Counted from the stretch's first letter, positions 1 through 7,598 are shown. The stretch is 8,960 nt of DNA from an uncultured archaeon (GCA_964510585.1 CAZECW010000111.1:1-8960), one strand, 5' to 3'. Program-made: numbers and translations. The notes: generated by a model from the sequence alone, not told the origin.

Positions 1-16
1 TATATGACATCAACTT

Positions 17-32
17 CAAAAACCTTATTAAA
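17..32 (+). promoter_or_regulatory. Putative archaeal promoter (BRE-like + TATA box) for ORF 65..1993
   Basis: CAAAAACC followed by TTATTAAA (25-32), ~33 nt upstream of the TTG start. Spacing fits a TSS near 53-56. Motif inspection only. Confidence 0.5.
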
Positions 33-54
33 AAGAGTATTGTAAATGAGATGT

Positions 55-59
55 GGTGA
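55..59 (+). promoter_or_regulatory. Shine-Dalgarno-like GGTGA
   Basis: GGTGA lies 5 nt before TTG at 65, supporting that start over ATG 98 or ATG 146. Confidence 0.5.
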
Positions 60-64
60 AGTAA

Positions 65-1993
65 TTGTTTTTTCTTCGTAAGGACAAGTTTTCGGGGATG
101 GGTTTAAGTCCTACATTCATTCAGCTTCTCGGCTTGGAAACTTTTATGGCAGTGTATGCGGTGAAGAGAAGGTCGTGTGCGTTGAGTGAGGTTGAGAATG
201 AGCTTATGGGGCTGGTGTCGAAGTCTTCGATGCGGGAGGTACTGAACTTTTTTAGGGAGATGGAGGAAAGGGGCTACATTGAGATAGAAGAGGTTGAAAC
301 CGCTGGGAAAAAGGATTTCCTTTTAAAGCCCACAGACGAATTCTTAAAGGAGTTTAACATAAGCAATCTCCTTCTGGACCGAATAGCAATGATTAAAGAT
401 TTGGTGGATAGTGCTCTCCCGGTGTCGTTTGAAACTGGAATTTTTGAAGAAACTGCTCCGGGTAGGATTTATAACTTGATGGTTTCTGTTGTTAGAGGTC
501 GTCTGTCGGAGGGCGTTGAGATAGGAGTTATAAGCAGGCTGTTGGAGGAAGTTGAGGACTACGCTACAGAGGAGGATTCCGGGTTTATAATATGTTCATT
601 AATTGTGCTGTTAACTGTTCTACTAGGGGTGAGGGATCCGAGGATTAGGGGTGCATTGAATATGTTGGAAAAGTTTGAGGAGCAGAGGATGAGTGCTGAT
701 AGTAGTCTCTTTTGGTCAAAGGTTATGATGCACGTTGCTGAGGCGAATATACTTTATGGTAGGAGTATACGTAGGGCTGAGAGGATATTCAGGAAATTGG
801 AGGAGTACCCTAATTTTCCAATGGAAAATATGCTTCTTCTTAGGGCAAAGATAGCGTCTCTAAAAATGCTAATCAGCGTCGACTCATGTATGGAAATGTT
901 CCGGGAGATAGTGCAGGAAATAAAGGAGAACTATCCAAGTTATGGTAAAGGCCCATACATTAAAGAGAGGGGAGAACTTCTTTTAACAGTGCTTGAGAGG
1001 ATTGGTGATTGTATGAAGATGGAGGGGGGTCTTCGGCTGAAAACACTCTACTTCGACCTTTTCAACTTTCTGAAAAGTCGGCTTAGGGGCGAAGACCTCT
1101 CCACTCTATACTACTCACTTGGAAGTTTACTCAGCGCCAATAGATATACTCTCTCAAATCCAGAGCTCATTGAGACAGTTTTAGACTTTTGGGAAAAAGA
1201 ATTTGACAGTGCAGTGAAGGGTAAACATCTTAAACTTGATAAGCTTAAGCCTATGTCAGAATTTATGGTTCATGCTATGCGGTTGTACTCAGAGATAAAA
1301 CCGGATATAATTGAATCGATGCTCAAAATAGATGTCACAGACTTCGGACTGGACATTGGTTATTCTTCAGATATTTTTGAGGAAGTAATTATTAGCCTGT
1401 GGAGTCGGAATAGGAAAGTAAACCTTGACAAACTATTTATGCTACTAGACCTGGCTGGTAGCGGGCCGAAAAGGTCTCGGGGTAAGGGTAAAGGTTGGCA
1501 TCCGTCTGAAGAAGTAGTGTCTAGACTCAAAGACGTAATATGGGTTTGTAGTGTGACGGGGAATATGGATGTTCTTGAGAAAATGGAGGAAAAAATAGGA
1601 AGCTACCCAACATCATTAGAGAAACTAGATCTACTAGCTGAAATTCTGTATGCCTATGCGTTGCAGGGAGGAAAATATGAAAAGGGTGTCCTAGAAGTTG
1701 TGGAATCTGCTAAGGAAATAGTAAGAAAACTTAAAGTGCCCTATTTTCCTGACGAACTCAATCCTCAACAATTCGACGAAATAACAAAGATTACCGTGAT
1801 AGTGGATACTCTGGGAAAAATCTTAGCCGCAACTATGAGCCCAGACTTAGTGGAACCCATAGTTGAACTGTGCTCAGAACTTCCGCCATACTACGACTAT
1901 TTTAGCATTAGAAACCTCCTAGAAGCAATGATTTGGCAGATAAAATCAACAAAACTAGGAATAGAACTCAGCAGATGCAGAGAATATAACTAG
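65..1993 (+). CDS. Hypothetical 642-aa protein: probable N-terminal winged helix-turn-helix domain plus all-alpha (TPR-like) region
   Basis: Long uninterrupted ORF. The N-terminal pattern LSEVENEL-x4-SKSSMREVLNFFREMEERGYIEIEE-x-(wing)-KDFLLKPT matches wHTH folds. The rest is E/L/K/I-rich amphipathic helix with solenoid-like units (GNMDVLEKMEEKI..LEKLDLLAEILYAYALQGG). No Walker A or catalytic motif seen. Confidence 0.8.
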   Translation: MFFLRKDKFSGMGLSPTFIQLLGLETFMAVYAVKRRSCALSEVENELMGLVSKSSMREVLNFFREMEERGYIEIEEVETAGKKDFLLKPTDEFLKEFNISNLLLDRIAMIKDLVDSALPVSFETGIFEETAPGRIYNLMVSVVRGRLSEGVEIGVISRLLEEVEDYATEEDSGFIICSLIVLLTVLLGVRDPRIRGALNMLEKFEEQRMSADSSLFWSKVMMHVAEANILYGRSIRRAERIFRKLEEYPNFPMENMLLLRAKIASLKMLISVDSCMEMFREIVQEIKENYPSYGKGPYIKERGELLLTVLERIGDCMKMEGGLRLKTLYFDLFNFLKSRLRGEDLSTLYYSLGSLLSANRYTLSNPELIETVLDFWEKEFDSAVKGKHLKLDKLKPMSEFMVHAMRLYSEIKPDIIESMLKIDVTDFGLDIGYSSDIFEEVIISLWSRNRKVNLDKLFMLLDLAGSGPKRSRGKGKGWHPSEEVVSRLKDVIWVCSVTGNMDVLEKMEEKIGSYPTSLEKLDLLAEILYAYALQGGKYEKGVLEVVESAKEIVRKLKVPYFPDELNPQQFDEITKITVIVDTLGKILAATMSPDLVEPIVELCSELPPYYDYFSIRNLLEAMIWQIKSTKLGIELSRCREYN

Positions 1994-2068
1994 CCAACAA
2001 GGATAACTTGGGCTAGGCAATAGACCAAGCAAATCGAAAGATGCAGAGAATATAACTAGCCAACAAGG
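1973..2068. repeat. Two identical 30-bp direct repeats separated by a 36-bp spacer
   Basis: AGATGCAGAGAATATAACTAGCCAACAAGG at 1973-2002 and 2039-2068; spacer 2003-2038. Copy 1 contains the ORF1 stop codon. Confidence 0.95.
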
Positions 2069-2351
2069 GGAGAAAAATAAAAACGAATTGTAAGAAACAC
2101 CAAAAACAACAATCCCCCAATCAACTAAAACCATACCATAAAAAGATATGTTCAAACCGATATTTCGCAGATTCTGTGAATCTATTTGGTTAGTTGTGCT
2201 CCTCTTAGTGTATTTCAACGTTTCTGTTGCATTTTCACAGAGTTTAAATGAGAACCCTTCCAAAAAGAGATGAGGATTAAAGAAGCTTCGCATTTCCACT
2301 AAAGGATTCTCAAATCCGCGAAAAATGTTTTTTAATGGACTGCGGACGTTT

Positions 2352-2366
2352 AAAAAAGTTATATAG
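2352..2366 (+). promoter_or_regulatory. Putative archaeal promoter (BRE + TATA)
   Basis: AAAAAAG-TTATATAG is close to the archaeal consensus. If it drives the 1000-aa gene, the leader would be ~190 nt. Confidence 0.4.
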
Positions 2367-2578
2367 GATTTCCCCTTAAAAAAAGAAAGGCAGATATCTA
2401 TTTTTAGTGTGTTCTTTGGATGGAAGCCAATATGTGCTGGGGGCATCTCAGGTGTGGTATGAAAACATTTTTTTATGGTAATGCTCATTAAAGTTTTGGA
2501 AACTAATTTCGTGATTGTTGCAATTTGGTGTGATTGTGTTGGTAGTGAGGCTTGATTGTTTAGTTAAACTAATTTGAG

Positions 2579-5500
2579 GTGTTATTTTTGGGTGTTTTGG
2601 ATTTTTCTAATTTGGTTGGGTTAATTCCTAGTTACCGCTTGAAAGTTTGGTTGGTTCGTGGTGTTGTTCGGGGCTTGGCTGAGACTGGAAATGTGGATGA
2701 GGCGGTTAGGGTTATTTCTGCTTTACCTGATGCTGCTTGGCGGTGGGAGATTTTGTCTGAGTTGGCTTCCTTTCTATCTGAAAATGGTGATTATGAGGGG
2801 CCCTTGAAAATTTTTATGGGCGCTAAGGATAATGACATTGTCCTCGATTATCTCTTGGATGTTCGGAATTGTGTCGAGAATAATGTTGAGAAGGTTCTGG
2901 ATAGTTTTAATATTAGTGGTGAGAGGGTTAGGCGTGCTGTCAGTAGGCTCGGAAATTACCGGCTACTTGACTGGTTTGGCTTCCTTACTAAGGCGGGAAG
3001 GGTGGATGAGGCACTAGAAGCTTCGCGGAGATTTGAAGAAGATCATTATCGCTCAGAGGGTTTATTGAGGGTTGCAGTAGCCTTGGCAGAGATGGGGAAT
3101 GAACGATATAAAGAAGTTTTGAATGAAGCCCTAACTGTTGCTGAAACCATCTCCGTGAGTGATTATGAAGAGATAATAGCTGGTGCAGCTGTGGATTTTG
3201 CATCAGTAGGAAAGGGAAGCGAGGCTATCGATTTAACTTTAAATATTTTAGGCGATTATGAGTTTGCAGACACCCTGATTGCTTGCATTCCTTACTTTGA
3301 GGACAAAAATTTAGAATATGCGGTTAAAGAAATTCTAGAAATTATTGATGAGCTTCCGGTTTATGAAAAGTATGAAATTTTAACTCGACTTTTCTCCACT
3401 GTTATTTTGCTGCCGAAGCTGGATAAGTCTATTGTTGAAAGAACTATTGAGAAAGCGGAATATGAAACTCTCAAGAGTTCAATGAAATTTATTTACGCCT
3501 CTAAGCTTCTTGAGAAGGGTGATGAAGAGGGACGAAAACTATACGAGGAGGTTATGAAAAAGTTAAGAGAGTTTACTGGAGAAAACCGATTCCACCTGGC
3601 TTATTCTTTGGTAAACTTCGTGACTCGGGACTATGTAAATGATTTTCTTAAGTATGTCAAAGAGATTCCCGACATAAGAGAGCAAGCCGAAATTCTCAGC
3701 AAAATATCCATGTCTCAGATTTCTAGGGGAGAATTTGATGATGCTTTAAAGACAGTCAAGAGCATAACTTTGTCGGATGAGAGTTCTTCTCCCCTCTTTA
3801 GTTTGGTTAAACAACTATCTGAGAAAGATTTTGAGAGAGCCCTGAACATAGCTAGAGAGATACCTGTTAAGCATTGGCGTGAGGCCGCATTTTCCACACT
3901 TTTCGCCAAAGCGCTAGAGAAAGGAGAGTTCAGAGAAGACCTTTTTAAAAAAATTCTAGCGGGACAAGTTAGGGGGAATGAGGGGGATGTCATTACAATA
4001 TTTTGGCCGGCAATTATTAGTCTGGCAAAAGCCGGGAGGAAAGAATTGGCTGATATAGTTAAATTATTATTGGATCTTGACAACTTGAAGACCCTAAAAA
4101 ACACTCTAACACTTTTAGCAGGAGGAAATTTGGAGGGAGCTCTAAAGGCAGCCAGAGAGGGGCTGGGATTCGCAAAGCCGCTGGCTCTCTCCGCAGTGGC
4201 TGTAAAGGCTTACAAATCCAAGAAGCCCTTCTCCCCTAAGAAGCTCCTTGAGGAGGCTATGAGGGAAGTAAAGAAAATTAAAGTCTTATTTGAGCTGGAC
4301 ACGGCCTACAACATAATAGCCTCAGCCATGATGGTGACTGGAAAAGTTGAGGACGCTATTAACCTCATTGTGGATAAAGTTAGGCTGGAAGCTCAAGAAG
4401 CAGCCATATCGAATCTTCTTCTCCTTATGCCCACAGTTGGGAGAGTGGATAACTTGATTAGACTTACTCAAAGACTCGCTGACGTAATGTATTTGGATCT
4501 ACTTCGAATCCTTGTTCACACATTTGAGGAAGGTTGCATAAGTGAATTTGAAAAACTAGTAGACTCTTTAATTTCCTATGACTCTTCACTTCTCCAAGAT
4601 TTAATAGATTATTTTATAGCCGTCCAAAATGTTGGGTGGGCTCAGAGGTTAATCGATAAAGAGGAGGAGGCTGAGGATCGATTATACGATTATTCCGATT
4701 TAGGCTTTATGTTTTCTATTATGGGGGACGTGGAACAGGCTAAGAAAGTCTTCGAAAAAGCAGTTGAAGAAATTAAAAAAATTCGTGAGGAACAAAGTGA
4801 TGTAAGCTATGAAGAATTTTATCTCATGAGAAGTGTTTTAGTGTCTGCTGATAAAACCTGCATAGACTTCGTAAAAGACCACCTAGAACCTGATAAGGGA
4901 GAATTACTCTCTAAACTTTTTGAAGCCTACAGGCATGCTTCAAGTGGAAACGTAGAAAATGCACAGAAAATCTTCCAAGACATTATTGACAAAAATCCAA
5001 ACCTAGAAGACGCTCTAGCCTCCATGGTAGCGGTTGCCGGGCGCGCAGGAGGTAAAGCCTCTGCGGTGCTCTTAAAAATGCTAGAAACCAAAATAAAGGG
5101 CCTTCTTGATGAAGATGAGGTCACAAGCGTTATGATTGACTTCTTACTTGCTGGCGGCGACCCCGAAACAATGGTAAAAATGGTTGAAAAAAATTGGGGA
5201 AGAAGCTCAGAAATCCTACTTAAAATCGCACCCTACCTAGCAATAGCGGGAAAAGTGGAGACAACAATAAAAATAATAGAGAGCGCAAACCAACACGATA
5301 AACATCACATCATCAGAGAAAACGCTAGGCAAATAGCAAGATACAACTTAGAGAAAGCCTTGGAGTTAGTAGAAAATCTACCCGTCTACTTCAAGGACAC
5401 TGCCCTAGCACGCATCACAGAAGAACTCACAAGAAGAGGAAGAATCGAAGACGCACTAAACATCACAAGCAAAATAGTTCACAGCGAAGACTACATACAA

Positions 5501-5581
5501 GCACTAACAAATATTCTCTTAATTTTCATAGAAGAAACAGCAAAAGTAACAACCAACAAACAAAAAACATCAACCCAATAG
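2579..5581 (+). CDS. Large TPR-like alpha-solenoid repeat protein (~1000 aa), function unknown
   Basis: About a dozen degenerate ~33-35-aa units of the type G-x2-(D/E)-x-A-(L/I)-x3-(A/I)-x2-(I/L)...(A/L)-L-x2-(I/V)-A-x2-L-x3-G. Examples: GNVDEAVRVISALPDAAWRWEILSELASFLSENG (aa 37), GRVDEALEASRRFEEDHYRSEGLLRVAVALAEMG (aa 140), GRIEDALNITSKIVHSEDYIQALTNILLIF (aa 954). The true start may be the in-frame TTG at 2588, 6 nt after the SD-like GAGGTG (2576-2581). Confidence 0.88.
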   Translation: MLFLGVLDFSNLVGLIPSYRLKVWLVRGVVRGLAETGNVDEAVRVISALPDAAWRWEILSELASFLSENGDYEGPLKIFMGAKDNDIVLDYLLDVRNCVENNVEKVLDSFNISGERVRRAVSRLGNYRLLDWFGFLTKAGRVDEALEASRRFEEDHYRSEGLLRVAVALAEMGNERYKEVLNEALTVAETISVSDYEEIIAGAAVDFASVGKGSEAIDLTLNILGDYEFADTLIACIPYFEDKNLEYAVKEILEIIDELPVYEKYEILTRLFSTVILLPKLDKSIVERTIEKAEYETLKSSMKFIYASKLLEKGDEEGRKLYEEVMKKLREFTGENRFHLAYSLVNFVTRDYVNDFLKYVKEIPDIREQAEILSKISMSQISRGEFDDALKTVKSITLSDESSSPLFSLVKQLSEKDFERALNIAREIPVKHWREAAFSTLFAKALEKGEFREDLFKKILAGQVRGNEGDVITIFWPAIISLAKAGRKELADIVKLLLDLDNLKTLKNTLTLLAGGNLEGALKAAREGLGFAKPLALSAVAVKAYKSKKPFSPKKLLEEAMREVKKIKVLFELDTAYNIIASAMMVTGKVEDAINLIVDKVRLEAQEAAISNLLLLMPTVGRVDNLIRLTQRLADVMYLDLLRILVHTFEEGCISEFEKLVDSLISYDSSLLQDLIDYFIAVQNVGWAQRLIDKEEEAEDRLYDYSDLGFMFSIMGDVEQAKKVFEKAVEEIKKIREEQSDVSYEEFYLMRSVLVSADKTCIDFVKDHLEPDKGELLSKLFEAYRHASSGNVENAQKIFQDIIDKNPNLEDALASMVAVAGRAGGKASAVLLKMLETKIKGLLDEDEVTSVMIDFLLAGGDPETMVKMVEKNWGRSSEILLKIAPYLAIAGKVETTIKIIESANQHDKHHIIRENARQIARYNLEKALELVENLPVYFKDTALARITEELTRRGRIEDALNITSKIVHSEDYIQALTNILLIFIEETAKVTTNKQKTSTQ

Positions 5582-5859
5582 GACACCATAAAAATATGGA
5601 TTCTCCACATCAAAATAAATATGAAGGAAATAACCAAAAACTATTGACTCTTCGCAATGAACCACTGCACGAAACCCCCCATCTTGACAACGTTAAATTT
5701 GTTCCCCCAGCCTTTATGTACCGTTTTCCCCCTTTTCCCTCGAGAGAATGTGGCTTTTCCGCTATTCATGGTAATTCTGGGGAAAAACAACCTAATTTAG
5801 CAATGTCAAGCTATTTACATTGTTTATTTGAAAAATTTTCAGAATCCTAAATAAACAAA

Positions 5860-6027
5860 TTGGAAAAGTTTGCAACACGGCTGAATTCAATAAAAGCATG
5901 GGAGTAAGAGGTCCGTGAGAAGGACACCGATAAAAGCGTTGCTGATGACTTCTGGAAGACTTTAAAGGGGGCTTGTTCCAGAGAAGAAGAGTACAATATA
6001 CTTAAAGTTGGGAGAGTCGGGGTTTGA
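5860..6027 (+). pseudogene. Decayed VapB-like antitoxin remnant
   Basis: The frame reads MEKFATRLNSIKAWE*EVREKDTDKSVADDFWKTLKGACSREEEYNILKVGRVGV* with an internal TAA at 5905-5907. Its TGA (6025-6027) overlaps the TTG start of the PIN remnant (TTGA coupling). The call rests mainly on position and size. Confidence 0.4.
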
Positions 6028-6271
6028 AAAATATTATCGTCTTCTTAGACACAGGCGTATTAGTAAACCGGCTCGCGAAGGAAAATGATCCAAACACTGG
6101 AGAGGAACTCTGGAGCAATGAGTCTACTATTTATCACTTACTGATTTGCATGTTTTTTGTCTTGCTTTTTTTCACGGCGCTAACTTTTTTGGAGGGTGAA
6201 AAATTCAGCTCCCCAAAAAGATGCAGATTGTAAAAATACATCCGAAGAGGGGAAGGCTTATTAAAAATTAA
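6024..6271 (+). pseudogene. vapC: PIN-domain (VapC-like) toxin pseudogene with internal deletion and frameshift
   Basis: N-terminus IVFLDTGVLVN..KENDPNTGEELW has the PIN beta1 Asp motif. A different frame (6122-6196) gives VYYLSLTDLHVFCLAFFHGANFF, resembling the PIN C-terminal L-x2-D-x4-A helix, then TGA 6197 and a K-rich tail to TAA 6271. The central part of the domain is missing. Confidence 0.65.
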
Positions 6272-6691
6272 TAGGACAACAGAAAATCGCCACATAATTA
6301 ATCGTAGACTCGTTGCAGCCTGCAAAGGTAAGAGGATTATCCCCTTTGAAAACATTAGCAAAATTGAAGAAGCCCGCAATAATGCCTCTTAGCTGAGATT
6401 GCAATGGTTGTATACGAAAATTACACTATTTTTGGAGGATAATTTCCTATTATGTCTAGGCTCACAATCCAAAAGAGCCTGAACGATAAAGCCCTAAAAT
6501 GTCTCTCCATCTTGCCTTAAAGCGAAACCGTGTGGTAGTAGGGAAAACGGTTTAGTGAGTTTAGCTTTTCCTGATTATCCTCGAAGGTTTCATATCATTG
6601 TTGGCAAATGTTTAGAATTTGGCATAGGGTTATGGTTCGGAAAAGTGAGGGTTGCAAATAGAAGGTGAAAAGGGAAGTTTTTGGTGTGGCT

Positions 6692-7234
6692 TCACAATTT
6701 TTGGATTGTTTCTAGAAGTTTTAGTACTCCGGCGTTTTTGGCTCTTTTCTTGAGGTAGTTTTCGTCTAACTTGTCTCTCTGCCTGGTTAACACGCTTTTA
6801 ACGTCCTGCTCATCGATTGTTCCTCTGTCTGGTCTGGCAAGCTTGTTTACTATGAAGTCTTCTGGGGAGACAATCCATGCTTCTAGGTCACTGTCAATTT
6901 TGGCTCTTTTCCTCCTTTTTAGGGTTTCATTGTCGAAAACTATTCCGTCGGGTCTCAGCCACACTTCTATTTCAATGCCAACCTCACTGTCAACCACCAC
7001 AAAGCAGGGGTTCTCTGGGGAATAGAGTTCAACATTGAAACTTTTGGAGATCAGCCACTCACGAAGTTCTTCCAATTCTTCGCCTGTCCTCACCATAACG
7101 GCTACATCAATATCTAGTGTTGCCCTAATTCTTCCATAGAAGGGGAGAGCGTAACCCCCTATTATCATGTATGGAATGTTTTTTTCTTCAAGTAGCCTGA
7201 GAAGTTTCCGAAGAACTCTTAATATTGTGGACAA
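6692..7234 (-). CDS. Nucleotidyltransferase, DUF6036/AbiEii-like (putative TA toxin)
   Basis: GGYALPFYGRIRATLDID (aa 26-43) gives the GG-x-A...R-x-T-x-D-x-D signature. The C-terminal SPEDFIVNKL...R..DEQD motif is also present. 180 aa, TTG start. Confidence 0.85.
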   Translation of the reverse strand: MSTILRVLRKLLRLLEEKNIPYMIIGGYALPFYGRIRATLDIDVAVMVRTGEELEELREWLISKSFNVELYSPENPCFVVVDSEVGIEIEVWLRPDGIVFDNETLKRRKRAKIDSDLEAWIVSPEDFIVNKLARPDRGTIDEQDVKSVLTRQRDKLDENYLKKRAKNAGVLKLLETIQKL

Positions 7235-7598
7235 TCTGGTTCAGCTCCAATAACAGCTTGAAGAGGTTCTGTCCCTTTGCAGCTAGTCTTTCAGCGTACA
7301 GGGCGTCCTTTACTGCCCGTTCAAAGTCTTTTCTCGTTGCTCTGAGTAGTTTAGCCCTCAAGTTTCTATGGGTTTCAAGGAAATCTAGGCCTAAGGGTGT
7401 AGGAATAACTGTTTTTTTGGGTCTGCCGCGTACCGCGTTTTTAACTGGCTTCAACTCTAGGAGTCCCTCCTCTCTCATTCTACCCAATAGGTGGGTTACG
7501 TGAGAGGGGCTCCACCCCAATTTCTTTATAAGCTGCCTCACGCCAAGCGGGGTTTGCGCAGCAGTCTCAAGCAGTTTAGCCCTGTCATCCAAAGACAT
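7188..7598 (-). CDS. Winged-helix transcriptional regulator / putative antitoxin (136 aa)
   Basis: LGVRQLIKKLGWSPSHVTHLLGRMREEGLLEL is HTH-like, with a wing VRGRPKKTVIPTPLG and a helical C-tail. The start was moved from 7724 to ATG 7598 because the first 42 codons are not protein-like and contain a TATA box. Overlaps the NTase start by 47 nt. Confidence 0.8.
   Translation of the reverse strand: MSLDDRAKLLETAAQTPLGVRQLIKKLGWSPSHVTHLLGRMREEGLLELKPVKNAVRGRPKKTVIPTPLGLDFLETHRNLRAKLLRATRKDFERAVKDALYAERLAAKGQNLFKLLLELNQIVHNIKSSSETSQAT

Noticed and set aside
1991-2059. Amber (pyrrolysine) readthrough via three in-frame TAG codons
   Set aside because: Two of the TAGs come from the duplication. No pyl genes are present, and TAG is an ordinary stop for other genes here.
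1973-2068. CRISPR array call
   Set aside because: Only two repeats, the first overlaps a coding 3' end, there is no typical repeat terminus, no degenerate copy at +/-66 bp, and no cas genes. AATCGAAAG at 2032-2040 resembles a repeat end but straddles the spacer/repeat boundary.
1900-2068. Diversity-generating retroelement (3' repeat + hairpin)
   Set aside because: The copies are identical (no A-specific variation), only 30 bp long, and there is no reverse transcriptase in the window.
1955-2488. 177-aa minus-strand ORF
   Set aside because: F/S/N-rich with no recognisable motif; overlaps the ORF1 end and the candidate promoter; its repeated PCWLVIFSAS only mirrors the DNA duplication. Not fully excluded.
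2832-5124. Short ORFs 2832..3017(+), 2988..3203(-), 3715..4104(-), 4927..5124(-)
   Set aside because: Shadow frames inside the 1000-aa gene with no protein-like motifs.
2480-5650. Terminal inverted repeats flanking the 1000-aa gene
   Set aside because: The apparent complementarity is low-complexity G/T versus A/C composition; I found no convincing specific alignment.
5596-5850. 84-aa ORF downstream of ORF2
   Set aside because: P/F/N-rich, with no SD or family motif; probably non-coding spacer.
6134-6390. 81-aa minus ORF 6134..6379 and a startless + frame 6234-6392 (..KRIIPFENISKIEE..)
   Set aside because: The first is antisense to the vapC remnant. The second has no start codon and is too short to assign.
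6525-6553. AAACCGT/ACGGTTT inverted repeat
   Set aside because: 7-bp arms with a 15-nt loop are expected by chance; no supporting context.
6771-7503. ORFs 6771..7025(+) and 7225..7503(+)
   Set aside because: Antisense shadows of the NTase and wHTH genes.
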